Shown: in pieces, positions 16,932 through 29,480 of the stretch
Numbering within the stretch: the stretch's first letter is position 1
Layout: every line of letters begins with the position of its first letter
Assembly: GCA_007130125.1 (NCBI GenBank)
Contig: SLSZ01000033.1
Location: 1 to 53,655, forward strand
Length of the DNA: 53,655 nt
Direction of reading: 5' to 3'
Source: Bacteroidales bacterium
GTDB lineage: Bacteria; Bacteroidota; Bacteroidia; Bacteroidales; UBA7960
The notes under the pieces: model-generated
Databases searched by the model: none
The model's input: only the letters and a program-made list of their open reading frames with translations
Told to the model about the DNA's origin: nothing
Made by a program: the position numbers and the translations under genes

Positions 16932-19900
16932 ATGAGATTAACTGTCATCGTTTTATTATTCCTGTTCAGTATAACTGCTGTTAATAGCCAAAAAACATCG
17001 GTATATGTCAAACCGGAGGCTGATTACAAGCTGGCTGTTGAATTATTTAACAAAGAAAAATATGCTGCAGCTCAAAAATTGTTTGAAAAAGTTATAGATC
17101 AGGTTGATGAAAAAGATTCTGAACTTAAAATAAACTCATACTATTACAAAGCAATATGTGCACTAGAGCTGTTTCACCCTGATGCTGAAGTTTTGCTTAC
17201 TTACTTTTTAAATCAGCATCCAATTCACCCAAAAAAGTCGATCGCTAGCTTCCAAATGGGGAATCTACAATACAGAAACAGAAAGTATGAAGATGCACTA
17301 GCATGGTATGACAAAGTTGATATGTTTGACCTTGACAGGCATCAAAAGGAGGAATATACCTTCAAAAGGGGTTATGCATATTTTACCCTTGATGATTTTG
17401 AGAACGCAAAGAGGCTTTTGTTTGATATAAGAAACCCTAATAGTGTTTATTTTGCCCCGGCAATGTACTATTACGGCCATATTGCCTATATGGAAAAGAA
17501 CTACGAAACAGCTCTCCGGTCATTCAATAAGCTTACTGATGATTCAAACTTTGGCCCTGTAGTGCCATACTATATTACTCATATTTATTATTTGCAGGGC
17601 AGGTATGATGAATTACTCGAATATGCACCTCCTCTCCTGGAGGAAGCATCAATACGCAGAGTACCCGAAATAGCCAGATTGATAGGTGATGCACATTATT
17701 CAAAAAACAATTATGCAGAAGCGATACCTTACCTGGAAGATTTTCGCAGTCAAACCAGGGAAAGGCTTACAAGGGATGACTATTATCAACTTGCTTATTC
17801 ATACTACAGAGTGGAAAACTGTGAAAATGCAAAAAGCTTGTTTGAAAGAATTACTACAGGAGAGGACTCTCTGGCACAAAATGCTTATTACTTGTTGGCT
17901 GATTGTTACCTTAAAACAGGTGACAGGCGAGCTGCAAGAAATGCATTCAGGGCGGCTAATGAAATGGACTTTATTCCAAAAATAAAACAGGATGCATTAT
18001 TTAACTATGCAAAACTCTCTTATGAGCTTTCATATAGTCCTTTTAATGAAGCTATTATCTCATTTCAAAAATACATCGAGGAATATCCGGATTCACCAAG
18101 GATCAGTGAAGCTTATGAATATTTAATTGACTTGTTTCTTACAACAAGAAACTACCGGGATGCAATGGCATCAATGGAAAATATTACTATAAACACTCCG
18201 CGCCTCAGGGAAGCATACCAGCGTATTGCTTATTATAGGGGAGTGGAGTTGTTTAATAACGGTGATTTTAGAGCTGCAATTGATTATTTTAACAGATCAC
18301 TGAAATATCCCGACAATAATACTATCAGAGCACAATGTATTTATTGGATAGGCGAATCATATTACAGAATGGATGATTTTGATAAGGCTATTGAATATCA
18401 TAATCGCTTCCTTGTTACTCCAGGAGCATTCAATCTTGAAATATACAATAGGGCAAATTATAATATTGGCTATTCATATTTTAACAAAAAACAATATGAA
18501 GATGCAATTACTGCATTCAGAAAGTTTATTACAGCCAGAGATGAAGGCTTACGGCTTCTCAATGATGCATACCTTCGCCTTGGAGACAGCTACTTTATTA
18601 CAAAGAAATACAGAAATGCCATCGACTATTATGACAGGGCGCTAGAGATCGATTTGATCGATTCTGATTATGCCTTTTTTCAAAAATCCATGGCACAAGG
18701 AGCTATAGGTAATTTTGAAGCAAAAGCACGATCTCTGAACTTGTTTATGCAAAAATACCCTGAGTCAAATTATCTTGCTGATGCCAAATATGAACTAGCC
18801 AACACATATATGATGCTGGATGATGCCAATAAAGCATTGTCGCATTATTCAATGGTTATTGATGACCACCCCAACAGCAGCTATGTGAAAAGCGCAATGC
18901 TTAAGAAAGGGCTTATATACTATAATGAATTTGAAGATGAAAAAGCCATTGAGCAATTAAAAAGCGTTGCGGATAACTATACCGGTACTGAACAATCGCA
19001 GGAAGCGCTGGAAACAATGCGAATGATCTATGTTAACCTTGACAGGGTTGATGAATATGTGAAATATACAGAAGAACTGGGAATTGGTGATATAACCGTT
19101 GCACAACAAGATTCATTAACATATATTGCTGCTGAAAACCGATACATGCAAGGTGATTGTGAAAATGCAGTAAGAAGTTTTAATAATTATATTGAAAGGT
19201 TTCCTGATGGTATCTTTTCAATTAATGCCAACTATTATAATGCTGAGTGTTATTATAGGAGGAATGAACCACAAAGAGCTTTGCGGGGTTACGAATATGT
19301 TGCTGAAAAACCTAAAAACAGGTTCTCTGAAAATGCTACTCTGCGAGCAGCCTCAATAAATTATAACCTAGGTAATTATATTAGAGCCCTGGAACACTTT
19401 GAACAACTTGAAGAGATAGCCGAATACAGGAATAATCTTATGGAAGCCCGAATAGGTCAGATGAGATGTCATTACAATACTGAACGATTCAATCAGGCCA
19501 TTAATGCTGCAAAAAGCGTTGTTCAAACAGATAAAGTCCCGGACAATATACTGCAAGAAGCATTTCTAATTAAGGGAAATTCATCATTAAATCTTAATCA
19601 GCTTGATCAGGCAAAAGATTACTTTTTATCAGCTTCAGAAAAAGCTAGTAATGAAATGTCGGCAGAGGCAAAATATAACATCGCTTTAATAGAATTTCGG
19701 AAAGGTAATTACGAAAAATGCGAAGAGTTGATCTTTGAATATATAAACCATATCACCGCTTATGAGTATTGGCTTGCAAAAATGTTTATTTTGCTCGCAG
19801 ACAACTATTCGCAACAGGGTAACGTATTTCAGGCTAAACATACACTGCAAAGCATTATTGATAATTATGATGGGGATGAGTTGGTAGCAATGGCAAAAAA

Positions 19901-19985
19901 CAGGCTTGAGAATATTGAAGAACAGGAGCAGGTAGATAAAGATAGAATGAAAGACGAAGAAGAATCTTTTGAAATTGACTTCTAA
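16932..19985 (+). CDS. Large secreted tetratricopeptide-repeat (TPR) protein
   Basis: 1017 aa. Signal peptide without a lipobox Cys (FSITAVNSQ). TPR-like A/Y/L periodicity recurs throughout. Acidic C-terminal tail. Confidence 0.85.
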   Translation: MRLTVIVLLFLFSITAVNSQKTSVYVKPEADYKLAVELFNKEKYAAAQKLFEKVIDQVDEKDSELKINSYYYKAICALELFHPDAEVLLTYFLNQHPIHPKKSIASFQMGNLQYRNRKYEDALAWYDKVDMFDLDRHQKEEYTFKRGYAYFTLDDFENAKRLLFDIRNPNSVYFAPAMYYYGHIAYMEKNYETALRSFNKLTDDSNFGPVVPYYITHIYYLQGRYDELLEYAPPLLEEASIRRVPEIARLIGDAHYSKNNYAEAIPYLEDFRSQTRERLTRDDYYQLAYSYYRVENCENAKSLFERITTGEDSLAQNAYYLLADCYLKTGDRRAARNAFRAANEMDFIPKIKQDALFNYAKLSYELSYSPFNEAIISFQKYIEEYPDSPRISEAYEYLIDLFLTTRNYRDAMASMENITINTPRLREAYQRIAYYRGVELFNNGDFRAAIDYFNRSLKYPDNNTIRAQCIYWIGESYYRMDDFDKAIEYHNRFLVTPGAFNLEIYNRANYNIGYSYFNKKQYEDAITAFRKFITARDEGLRLLNDAYLRLGDSYFITKKYRNAIDYYDRALEIDLIDSDYAFFQKSMAQGAIGNFEAKARSLNLFMQKYPESNYLADAKYELANTYMMLDDANKALSHYSMVIDDHPNSSYVKSAMLKKGLIYYNEFEDEKAIEQLKSVADNYTGTEQSQEALETMRMIYVNLDRVDEYVKYTEELGIGDITVAQQDSLTYIAAENRYMQGDCENAVRSFNNYIERFPDGIFSINANYYNAECYYRRNEPQRALRGYEYVAEKPKNRFSENATLRAASINYNLGNYIRALEHFEQLEEIAEYRNNLMEARIGQMRCHYNTERFNQAINAAKSVVQTDKVPDNILQEAFLIKGNSSLNLNQLDQAKDYFLSASEKASNEMSAEAKYNIALIEFRKGNYEKCEELIFEYINHITAYEYWLAKMFILLADNYSQQGNVFQAKHTLQSIIDNYDGDELVAMAKNRLENIEEQEQVDKDRMKDEEESFEIDF

Positions 19986-20017
19986 TCTGCTATATACAAT
20001 TAAAAGAATAAACTTGT

Positions 20018-21733
20018 ATGCAAACGTTTTTTAAAATAATAATTTTTAATACATTTACGGTTGCCGCTTTATTTGTAACCAGTAATGCATTGTCACAAGA
20101 TCAATTTGACTTTGATGAAGTCCAGGTCATAGCTCCATACGAACCAGCTATTTCCGATGCATTCAAAATTGCAGATTCACCTGTTATTGAGGATACTGTT
20201 AGAATTAGCCGTGATCTTGCTTACAGTATAACACCCGTTAAACTTGAAACAAGCTTTGAGGTTCAGCCCATTAATGCTGCCAGGATGAGAGGTGAGCCAC
20301 TAAGTAAACTATATAAAGGATATGTTAAAGGTGGTTTTGGTACACATTCAACACCTTATGGTGAAGCATTCTTTAATTCTTTGCGTTCAAATGATTATGC
20401 TTACGGACTCAGATTAAAGCACCTTTCTTCTGAAGGTAAAGTTTCCGGATATCCGCATAGTGGTTATTCTGACAACCTGGTAGAGCTTTTTGGTAAAAGG
20501 TTTTTTAGAAATCACATACTTGATGCAGACCTTAATTACGAACGAAATGTTGTTCATTTTTATGGTGCTGATAAGGATGATTTTATTGATGATGACAGTG
20601 TGGATTTTGACCAACTGACGCATAGGGACTCGATTAGGCAAAGATATCATTACTTTTCAGCTAATACCGGGTTTAAGAATAATACTTTGGATTCATTGAG
20701 CTTATCTTACGATTTTGATCTTAACTATAATTTTTTAAAGGATGATTATGAAGCTTCGCAACATAACATAAACTTTACAGGTACAGTTCAAAGGCAATTG
20801 CCGCCCGATCCTATGGGATTTGCAGAAGATCAGCATTTTAAGCTCGATGCTTATGCAAAGTTATACAATAATCAATCTCCGTTAAGCTCTGTCTCCAGCA
20901 GCTTATTTGGAATTAAGCCCAGGTTATCATCAAGCTTTAAAGATTTTGAGTTTTATGTGGGGTTTAATGCAGCAATAGAGTCTGATTCATCATCATATTT
21001 CAGAATACACCCAATAGCAGGAAGTGAAGTGATGTTGATAGATGAAGCATTGGCGGCCTATGCTTATTTGACAGGTGGTGTTGAAAGACATAATCTATAT
21101 GATTTTTACAGGGAAAATCCTTTTATCAACTCAGCATTGGATTATCGGTTTTTGAATACTAAATCTGAGTTGGGAGGCGGATTTAAAGGCTCTATAAGCT
21201 CCTTTGTTTCATATAACTTTAGTGTAAGAAATTCAACCATTGAAAATTATGCGTTTTATGTTACCGATTTTGATCCCGAGCTTAATAATAAAATGACTGT
21301 AGTTTATGACGATGTGAGACTGTTTAATTTCCGGGCAGAGTTGTTTTCACAAATCGCCGAAAAACTCAGTGTAAGGTTCGCTTCCAATTATTATCAATAT
21401 TCACTCGACAATGAGATTGAAGCCTGGCATAAACCAACTACACGATTCGACCTGACAGTAAATTACAACATTCAGGATAAAATAATATTTACTGTAGATG
21501 CTTTTGCACGCAACTCTACATATGCAAGAGTTTTTGATGAAGAAGGAAACCCTGAGAGAAAAGAAATACATGGCTTTCATGTTGATGCAAGCTTTGGTAT
21601 TGAATACAGGTATACAAAAATATTATCCGTTTTCTTAAACTTCAACAATGTTCAGAATCAACCGTTGGAACGTTGGTTAAACTATCCATCGCAAAGGTTT
21701 AACTTCCTTGGCGGAATCACATATGCTTTCTAA
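20018..21733 (+). CDS. Predicted outer-membrane beta-barrel (putative porin-like)
   Basis: 571 aa. Signal peptide, alternating hydrophobic beta-strand pattern, Y/F/N/G-rich, terminal ...GGITYAF with a C-terminal Phe typical of OMPs. Starts 32 nt after the TPR gene. Confidence 0.6.
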   Translation: MQTFFKIIIFNTFTVAALFVTSNALSQDQFDFDEVQVIAPYEPAISDAFKIADSPVIEDTVRISRDLAYSITPVKLETSFEVQPINAARMRGEPLSKLYKGYVKGGFGTHSTPYGEAFFNSLRSNDYAYGLRLKHLSSEGKVSGYPHSGYSDNLVELFGKRFFRNHILDADLNYERNVVHFYGADKDDFIDDDSVDFDQLTHRDSIRQRYHYFSANTGFKNNTLDSLSLSYDFDLNYNFLKDDYEASQHNINFTGTVQRQLPPDPMGFAEDQHFKLDAYAKLYNNQSPLSSVSSSLFGIKPRLSSSFKDFEFYVGFNAAIESDSSSYFRIHPIAGSEVMLIDEALAAYAYLTGGVERHNLYDFYRENPFINSALDYRFLNTKSELGGGFKGSISSFVSYNFSVRNSTIENYAFYVTDFDPELNNKMTVVYDDVRLFNFRAELFSQIAEKLSVRFASNYYQYSLDNEIEAWHKPTTRFDLTVNYNIQDKIIFTVDAFARNSTYARVFDEEGNPERKEIHGFHVDASFGIEYRYTKILSVFLNFNNVQNQPLERWLNYPSQRFNFLGGITYAF

Positions 21734-21848
21734 ATAAGACAGGCTTTTAACAGTATTTTTAAGATCATTTTTATCATCTTATTAACAATTTTATACCCCC
21801 TTCTTTAACCCCTTGATAACTGCTTGTTAACTTTCTTTAAAATGTTGA

Positions 21849-23906
<2,058 letters not shown>

Positions 23907-23930
23907 TAAGCCGGCAAGACCTCCAATTAT

Positions 23931-26900
23931 TTAAAATAACTGTAAAAGTTCATCTATTTGCAGAGATTTAAGTGGGTTGTTTTGATTAATGAACATTCCA
24001 CTTAACTCTGCTTTGTGTTTTTGTAACGCAATGATTTTCTCTTCAACACTTGAAAGTGTAATAAACTTATAAACAAACACCTTCTTGTCTTGTCCGATAC
24101 GGTGAGCCCTGTTTATAGCCTGTGCCTCCACAGCAGGATTCCACCAGGGGTCAAGCATGAATACATAATCAGCACCTGTCAGGTTTAAGCCTATACCACC
24201 CGCACGCATTGAAATTAAAAATACTCGCATATCCTTATCATTTTGAAACCTCTTGATAATAGGTTCCCGATCCTTTTCCCGGATTTTTCCGGTAAGCATG
24301 CAAAATGGAGTGTTGTTGGCTGTAAAATGGTCGGCAAACAAGTTTAAGTGTTTTACAAATTGAGAAAACAGTAATACCTTATGATCTTCAGAAAGAACTT
24401 TGTTTATATTGTGTAACACTTCCTGAAACTTTCCTGAGTCCTTATCATAGTCATTTTCTACTATAACCGGGTGGTTTGCTATAAGCCTAAGCTTTGTCAG
24501 GCTGCTTAATAACAAAAATCTTGCTTTATTATTTCCGATTGTTCTATAGTTTTCAAGAATAATGTTTCGAGCCTCAGACTTTTTACGTTCGTATAGTGCT
24601 TTTTGATCATCAGTCATCTCACAATAATGAACTTTTTCTGTCAAATCAGGTAGCTCTTTAGCCACTTGGTTTTTATTTCTACGAAGTATGAATGGCTGGA
24701 TAAGTTTTTGCAATTGAACGCTTTTGAGTGAATTGCTTTTATTCTCTATTGGAGCGGCAAATTCCTTTTTAAAATTGTTGAGGCTGCCTAACATCCCTGG
24801 ATTAAGAAAAGAAAACTGTGACCACAGGTCTTTAAGTGAGTTTTCAATCGGTGTTCCTGTTAATACAAGCCTGTATTCACCTTTTAACTGCTTTACTGCC
24901 ATAAAGATCTTTGACCCGGCATTTTTTATTACCTGGCTTTCATCTAAAATTATATAGCTGAAGTTAAATTCTTTCAATAGGCTGATATCACTCCTTACAG
25001 TACCATAGGTGGTAAGTATGAGATCATACCTGGAAAAACTGCTGATGCTCTGAGGCCGGCTTATACCTGTATGTTGAAAAAATTTTAATGTAGGTGCGAA
25101 TTTTTCAATTTCATTGATCCAGTTGTGTATCAATGATAATGGTGTTATAATAATTGATGTGTGACTTTTTTGTTTATTTTGTCCGGACATGTCAGCAAAC
25201 AAGTCTAATTGCATAGGATTGGAAAAACTGTATGACAAATCATTGTCCGCAGTTTTATGATGCACTTCAAAAGTATTATTGTTTTTGCTGCCCGACTCTT
25301 TAAGCTTCAAAAGTGCTGTTAGTGCTTGTAATGTCTTACCCAAGCCCATGTCATCGGCAAGACAACCACCCAATTTGTTTTTTTGCAAGAAGCACAACCA
25401 TTGGAAGCCGGCCTTTTGATAAGGGCGGAGTGTTGCTGTTAATGACTTTGGTAAACTTTCGTTTTTGAATGGCACTCCTTTTGTTAATTGTGGAGGTTTT
25501 TTTACCAGGTCCAGATTTTCTAAAATGGTGAAGTGATATTTTTTTAATGATAACTGATCCTCATTTTTGGTTGTAAAAGTCATTACATCATTATACTTCT
25601 CAAACCATTCATCAGGGATTACGCCAATAGTTCCGTCCGGTAATAAATACTCACGCTTGCCTTTTAAAATATTGTTTTTTAAAGCTATAAATGGGATTTT
25701 GTGTTTGCCAAAATGGACATAGCCCTTAAGATCAAACCAATCTGTTTTTTCAGAAACATGTAATTTTAGCTCCGGCTTACCTATAAAATATTTTTCATCA
25801 AAATGGTCCTGTTTGATTTTAAAACCTCTGCTTAAAAGCAATTCTTTGTTTTTTGATAGCCAATCAAGCATACTGTAACGTTGATGCAATATCTGATCAT
25901 GGTCTTCCGGTATTTTGTTCCCGGGCAAGGTGTAAATTGATTTATTCAGTTTTACCAGATCCAAATCCAGTAAAATGTTTAAAAAATGGTTTTCTCTTTC
26001 CGGATCACGGCTAATTTTTTGGAAAAGATAGTTGTTATCAACTTCAGTTAATATTAACCTGCATAATTCATTATTTGAAGGGGTGAAAAATGTATCATTA
26101 TTGTCATAGCAGAAAGAAATAGAAATAACAGCCCTGTTGTTCCAGTCGTATTCAAGACCCAAATATGGAACCGGTTCATTGTTGATCTCTTCTATTTTAA
26201 AACCTTGAGCTTCTACGTTATAATGTTTAATGGCATTTTTTACAAATGATTCATAGTAACTCTTTTCGTGTTTTGCCGGAATAACTATATACTCTTTGTC
26301 AAAAAAAGGTATTAGTTTTTTGCTGTCGAAGTTTTTTTCAAATCTGTAAAGTCTGTTCTTAATTAATAACAGACATGGATTATTTGATAAAACTTTTGCA
26401 TCTTGATTTGTAAGCGATATGTTTTGATCTTCAGTACTTAGCGTAAGATGATAATAGGTTTTATTATTAGATCTTTCAAAATTGAATACAGGGCTAACAG
26501 GGTTTTTGAAAATTTTTACAGGTTGTTCGTTTATTAAACTACCCGGTGACCCCTGGAAAAACAGATCTATATTGTTTTTAACTAGAATATCAACAATTTC
26601 TGATAAGCTTTTATCAATAATAGGTCTTATGTGTTTTTCAACAAAACTTTTTTCAATGCGTTTAAAAAAATCTATTGACCTTTCATTTGTTTTTACAAAC
26701 CTTTTGCTAATATTGTCATCCGAATAGTTGTCTATTATGTTTATTATCTGTGATTTTGCTTCCCCTACTTCATCAAACCAGTGTGTCAGGTTATTTTTTG
26801 TTATTTTTTTTGCCTCATAAAAAAACGTTTTATTCTTTCCTACTTTTACGGCACAAGCATCTATTATCATTCCCCATAAGGGATGTTCGACTATTGTAAA

Positions 26901-26939
26901 AGCCAGTTTTTTTTCTACATTAACCTGTTGTAGTTGCAT
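23931..26939 (-). CDS. SNF2-family helicase/translocase with a ~500-aa uncharacterised N-terminal region
   Basis: 1002 aa. Motif I is LADDMGLGKT, motif II is ILDESQVIKN, motif III is LTGTPIEN. The C-terminal lobe is GGIGLNLTGADYVFMLDPWWNPAVEAQAINRAHRIGQ. Confidence 0.9.
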   Translation of the reverse strand: MQLQQVNVEKKLAFTIVEHPLWGMIIDACAVKVGKNKTFFYEAKKITKNNLTHWFDEVGEAKSQIINIIDNYSDDNISKRFVKTNERSIDFFKRIEKSFVEKHIRPIIDKSLSEIVDILVKNNIDLFFQGSPGSLINEQPVKIFKNPVSPVFNFERSNNKTYYHLTLSTEDQNISLTNQDAKVLSNNPCLLLIKNRLYRFEKNFDSKKLIPFFDKEYIVIPAKHEKSYYESFVKNAIKHYNVEAQGFKIEEINNEPVPYLGLEYDWNNRAVISISFCYDNNDTFFTPSNNELCRLILTEVDNNYLFQKISRDPERENHFLNILLDLDLVKLNKSIYTLPGNKIPEDHDQILHQRYSMLDWLSKNKELLLSRGFKIKQDHFDEKYFIGKPELKLHVSEKTDWFDLKGYVHFGKHKIPFIALKNNILKGKREYLLPDGTIGVIPDEWFEKYNDVMTFTTKNEDQLSLKKYHFTILENLDLVKKPPQLTKGVPFKNESLPKSLTATLRPYQKAGFQWLCFLQKNKLGGCLADDMGLGKTLQALTALLKLKESGSKNNNTFEVHHKTADNDLSYSFSNPMQLDLFADMSGQNKQKSHTSIIITPLSLIHNWINEIEKFAPTLKFFQHTGISRPQSISSFSRYDLILTTYGTVRSDISLLKEFNFSYIILDESQVIKNAGSKIFMAVKQLKGEYRLVLTGTPIENSLKDLWSQFSFLNPGMLGSLNNFKKEFAAPIENKSNSLKSVQLQKLIQPFILRRNKNQVAKELPDLTEKVHYCEMTDDQKALYERKKSEARNIILENYRTIGNNKARFLLLSSLTKLRLIANHPVIVENDYDKDSGKFQEVLHNINKVLSEDHKVLLFSQFVKHLNLFADHFTANNTPFCMLTGKIREKDREPIIKRFQNDKDMRVFLISMRAGGIGLNLTGADYVFMLDPWWNPAVEAQAINRAHRIGQDKKVFVYKFITLSSVEEKIIALQKHKAELSGMFINQNNPLKSLQIDELLQLF

Positions 26940-27095
26940 AAATTATGGTAAAAAGAAAATTGTTTTTGAACAAAATTTTAAAATTACAAAAAATCGCAAA
27001 GGCATTGCCTGAAAATTTATGGAGAGGTTTACAAAATAGCAAATCAATTTAATAAAATAATTTGAATAACCCACCAACCATATATAGTAATACAA

Positions 27096-29162
27096 TTACA
27101 TAAGATTTAGTTCCTGAAACTTTTTTGATAAGTCTTCAAGTGTGACAGGCTTGGCAAGGTAACTGTTAAACCCGTAATCTAAATATTTTTTATCATCACC
27201 TTCCATGGCATTGGCTGTCAATGCAAGAATTGGAGGAAGATCCTTGTATTTTTCTTTCAGCTTTTTCAAAGCTTCTATTCCATCCATTACAGGCATCATT
27301 ATATCCATGAAAATGGCATGATGTTTATAAGGGTCAAACATTTGCAGCGCTTCTTCACCATTAGTTGCCATATCAACTTTACAACCAAATTTTTCAAGCA
27401 TCAATGAAATTACACGCCTGTTAACGTATGTGTCATCAACCACCAATATGTTTAATTCCACTGATTTTTTGGACTTATCCTGGTAGGATAAATTTTTATC
27501 AACTGATTTGCCCGGTTTAATTTCTGACTTGAAAGTAAACCAAAAATTACTCCCTTCATTTGGAGCACTTTCAACGCCCAGGTTTCCTCCCATAAGCTTG
27601 ACTAACTCTTTGCATATAAACAATCCGAGGCCGGCTCCACTGTTGACGCGCGAGAGTGAACTGTCAAGCTGAAAAAATTTATCAAATATTTTGCTTTGAT
27701 CAGTGGGTGAAACACCAATACCAGTATCTTTAACCTCTATTTTTATTTCAAAATGATTATAATCCAGTTTGTTACCCGACACTAAAATTTTTATTGAGCC
27801 TTTCTCTGTATATTTAAGAGCATTGAACACAAAGTTCATAATAATTTGTTCGATACGCTTTTTGTCAGCTTTTATTTTGTCAGGAATATGGGTTTTGTAT
27901 GTAAGGCCAAAATCAATATTTTGTTTTTTTGCAGAAGGTTCGAGCAGAGAGACAAGATTGGAAAGCATGTCCTTGATATTGAAAAACGATGGATTTAAGG
28001 ACATTTTGCCGGCTTCAATTTTTGAAATATCCAATATGTCGTTAATCAAGTCAAGCAGTATTTTGGAAGAATCATTTATAATTGACAAATATTCGGTTTG
28101 CTCTTGATTAAGGTTTGTTTGAGATAGTATTTCAGACATTCCGATAATTCCGGTAACCGGTGTTCGTATCTCATGACTAATATTAGCTAAAAAGAAATCT
28201 TTCGCTTCTGCAGCTTTTTTTGCTATCTCCATCTCTTTATGCAATTCAATCGACTTCTTTTTCTCGGTAATATCTCTGAAAAGTCCAACATAATATGATT
28301 TATTGTTTATTTTGATCATTTTTGAATTTATATCAAAATAACGGACCTTATTATCTTTAGTCAGCAGAGGAATGTCTTCAGCTAATTGTTTTTCCCCTAA
28401 TTGTTGTTCATCAAATTGTTTTTTGGCTGTTTTCCAATGATCTTTAGGAATTAAATCGGATATCCATAATGATTCAAATTCTGTTTTTGTATAACCAAGT
28501 AATTCGCAAATTTGATGGTTTGTCATGAAGAATTTTTTGGAAGGCCAGTCAGCCACAATGATGCCATCAGAAACATTTTCAAAGACCGATTCGAATCTTT
28601 GTTTTGTTTCCAGAATATCCCTGTTGGCTTCTTTTAATTCTTCATTAACTTCCTCTAACTCTTTAGTGCGTTCCTGTACAATTTGTTTCAATAATTTGTT
28701 GCGCTCTTCAACATCCTTTAGAGGAAATGATTCTCCCTCTTCAAGTTTGTGCTCACCCTTGGATATGTGAGTATGTTTTATCTTCCAACCGTCATCGTGC
28801 TTTTCGCAAATAATAGTAAATCGATAACCCGGCATTGAAATAGGAGTGTTTTCAATGACTGTAAAAATGTCAAGTTCTGATATAATTAATCCTGATTTTT
28901 CGGATAATGGGACAATATTTTCATAGTGGAAGCGGTATTCAAGGGAATTAGGACACTGCTGTCGGTCTCTTTCAAAAATAGATAATGAATCATTATATGT
29001 CTTCGCAAATTCATCACTGCCTGAGCCAATGTTCACAAAATCATCTGCGAAAATCTTTTTCAAACTTTCAAGGTCTCTTTCTATAAAATAACATTTTTTG
29101 AATGCTTGAAAGAAATCTTTTAGCTCTCTTTTAATTTTATTCTCTTTAAGATTGGAAGACAT
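27096..29162 (-). CDS. Hybrid sensor histidine kinase / response regulator (NTF2-like N-terminal domain, PAS, HisKA, HATPase_c, REC)
   Basis: 688 aa. H-box NISHEIRTPVTGIIGMSE. ATPase boxes DTGIGV and GAGLGLFICK. Receiver ILVVDD ... FMDIMMPVMDG ... LTANA. PAS-like segment SDGIIVADW. The N-terminal ~140 aa resemble SnoaL/DUF4440 folds. Confidence 0.9.
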   Translation of the reverse strand: MSSNLKENKIKRELKDFFQAFKKCYFIERDLESLKKIFADDFVNIGSGSDEFAKTYNDSLSIFERDRQQCPNSLEYRFHYENIVPLSEKSGLIISELDIFTVIENTPISMPGYRFTIICEKHDDGWKIKHTHISKGEHKLEEGESFPLKDVEERNKLLKQIVQERTKELEEVNEELKEANRDILETKQRFESVFENVSDGIIVADWPSKKFFMTNHQICELLGYTKTEFESLWISDLIPKDHWKTAKKQFDEQQLGEKQLAEDIPLLTKDNKVRYFDINSKMIKINNKSYYVGLFRDITEKKKSIELHKEMEIAKKAAEAKDFFLANISHEIRTPVTGIIGMSEILSQTNLNQEQTEYLSIINDSSKILLDLINDILDISKIEAGKMSLNPSFFNIKDMLSNLVSLLEPSAKKQNIDFGLTYKTHIPDKIKADKKRIEQIIMNFVFNALKYTEKGSIKILVSGNKLDYNHFEIKIEVKDTGIGVSPTDQSKIFDKFFQLDSSLSRVNSGAGLGLFICKELVKLMGGNLGVESAPNEGSNFWFTFKSEIKPGKSVDKNLSYQDKSKKSVELNILVVDDTYVNRRVISLMLEKFGCKVDMATNGEEALQMFDPYKHHAIFMDIMMPVMDGIEALKKLKEKYKDLPPILALTANAMEGDDKKYLDYGFNSYLAKPVTLEDLSKKFQELNLM

Positions 29163-29480
29163 TAATAGAAAAAGTTTAAGGTTATTTGGTTTTTTGGTTA
29201 AAGCAGTATTTTAATAAATACTAAATCATTGCAAATAAACAAAAATATTCATATCAAACAAACAAATTTAACAAAGTGGTTCAAATTAATCATTGGATTA
29301 ATTTGGGTGTCAGCTTGGATTGATATGTTCAGAATATTGAGAATAATCAACAATAATTTCAAAATACCAATAAATTAAACTCAACAATTATACTTTTTTT
29401 ATTTTAATCGTATTGCAAATTACAATAAACATTAATTTTGAGAGGTTATTATGAGTGAAAAGAGTTAAAATTGTTATTAG

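Noticed and set aside
16932-19985. The large TPR protein as T9SS PorW/SprE
   Set aside because: PorW/SprE are lipoproteins. This protein has a type-I signal peptide with no lipobox Cys, and I cannot establish orthology by eye.
23931-26939. The SNF2 helicase as part of a DISARM-, Zorya- or BREX-like defence system
   Set aside because: No partner genes (methyltransferase, DUF1998 helicase, PLD nuclease, MotAB-like) are present. The flanking genes are gyrB and a histidine kinase.
26990-27030. Short palindrome aggcattgcct downstream of the histidine kinase as a terminator
   Set aside because: It has only a 5-bp stem with a 1-nt loop, which is too weak to call.
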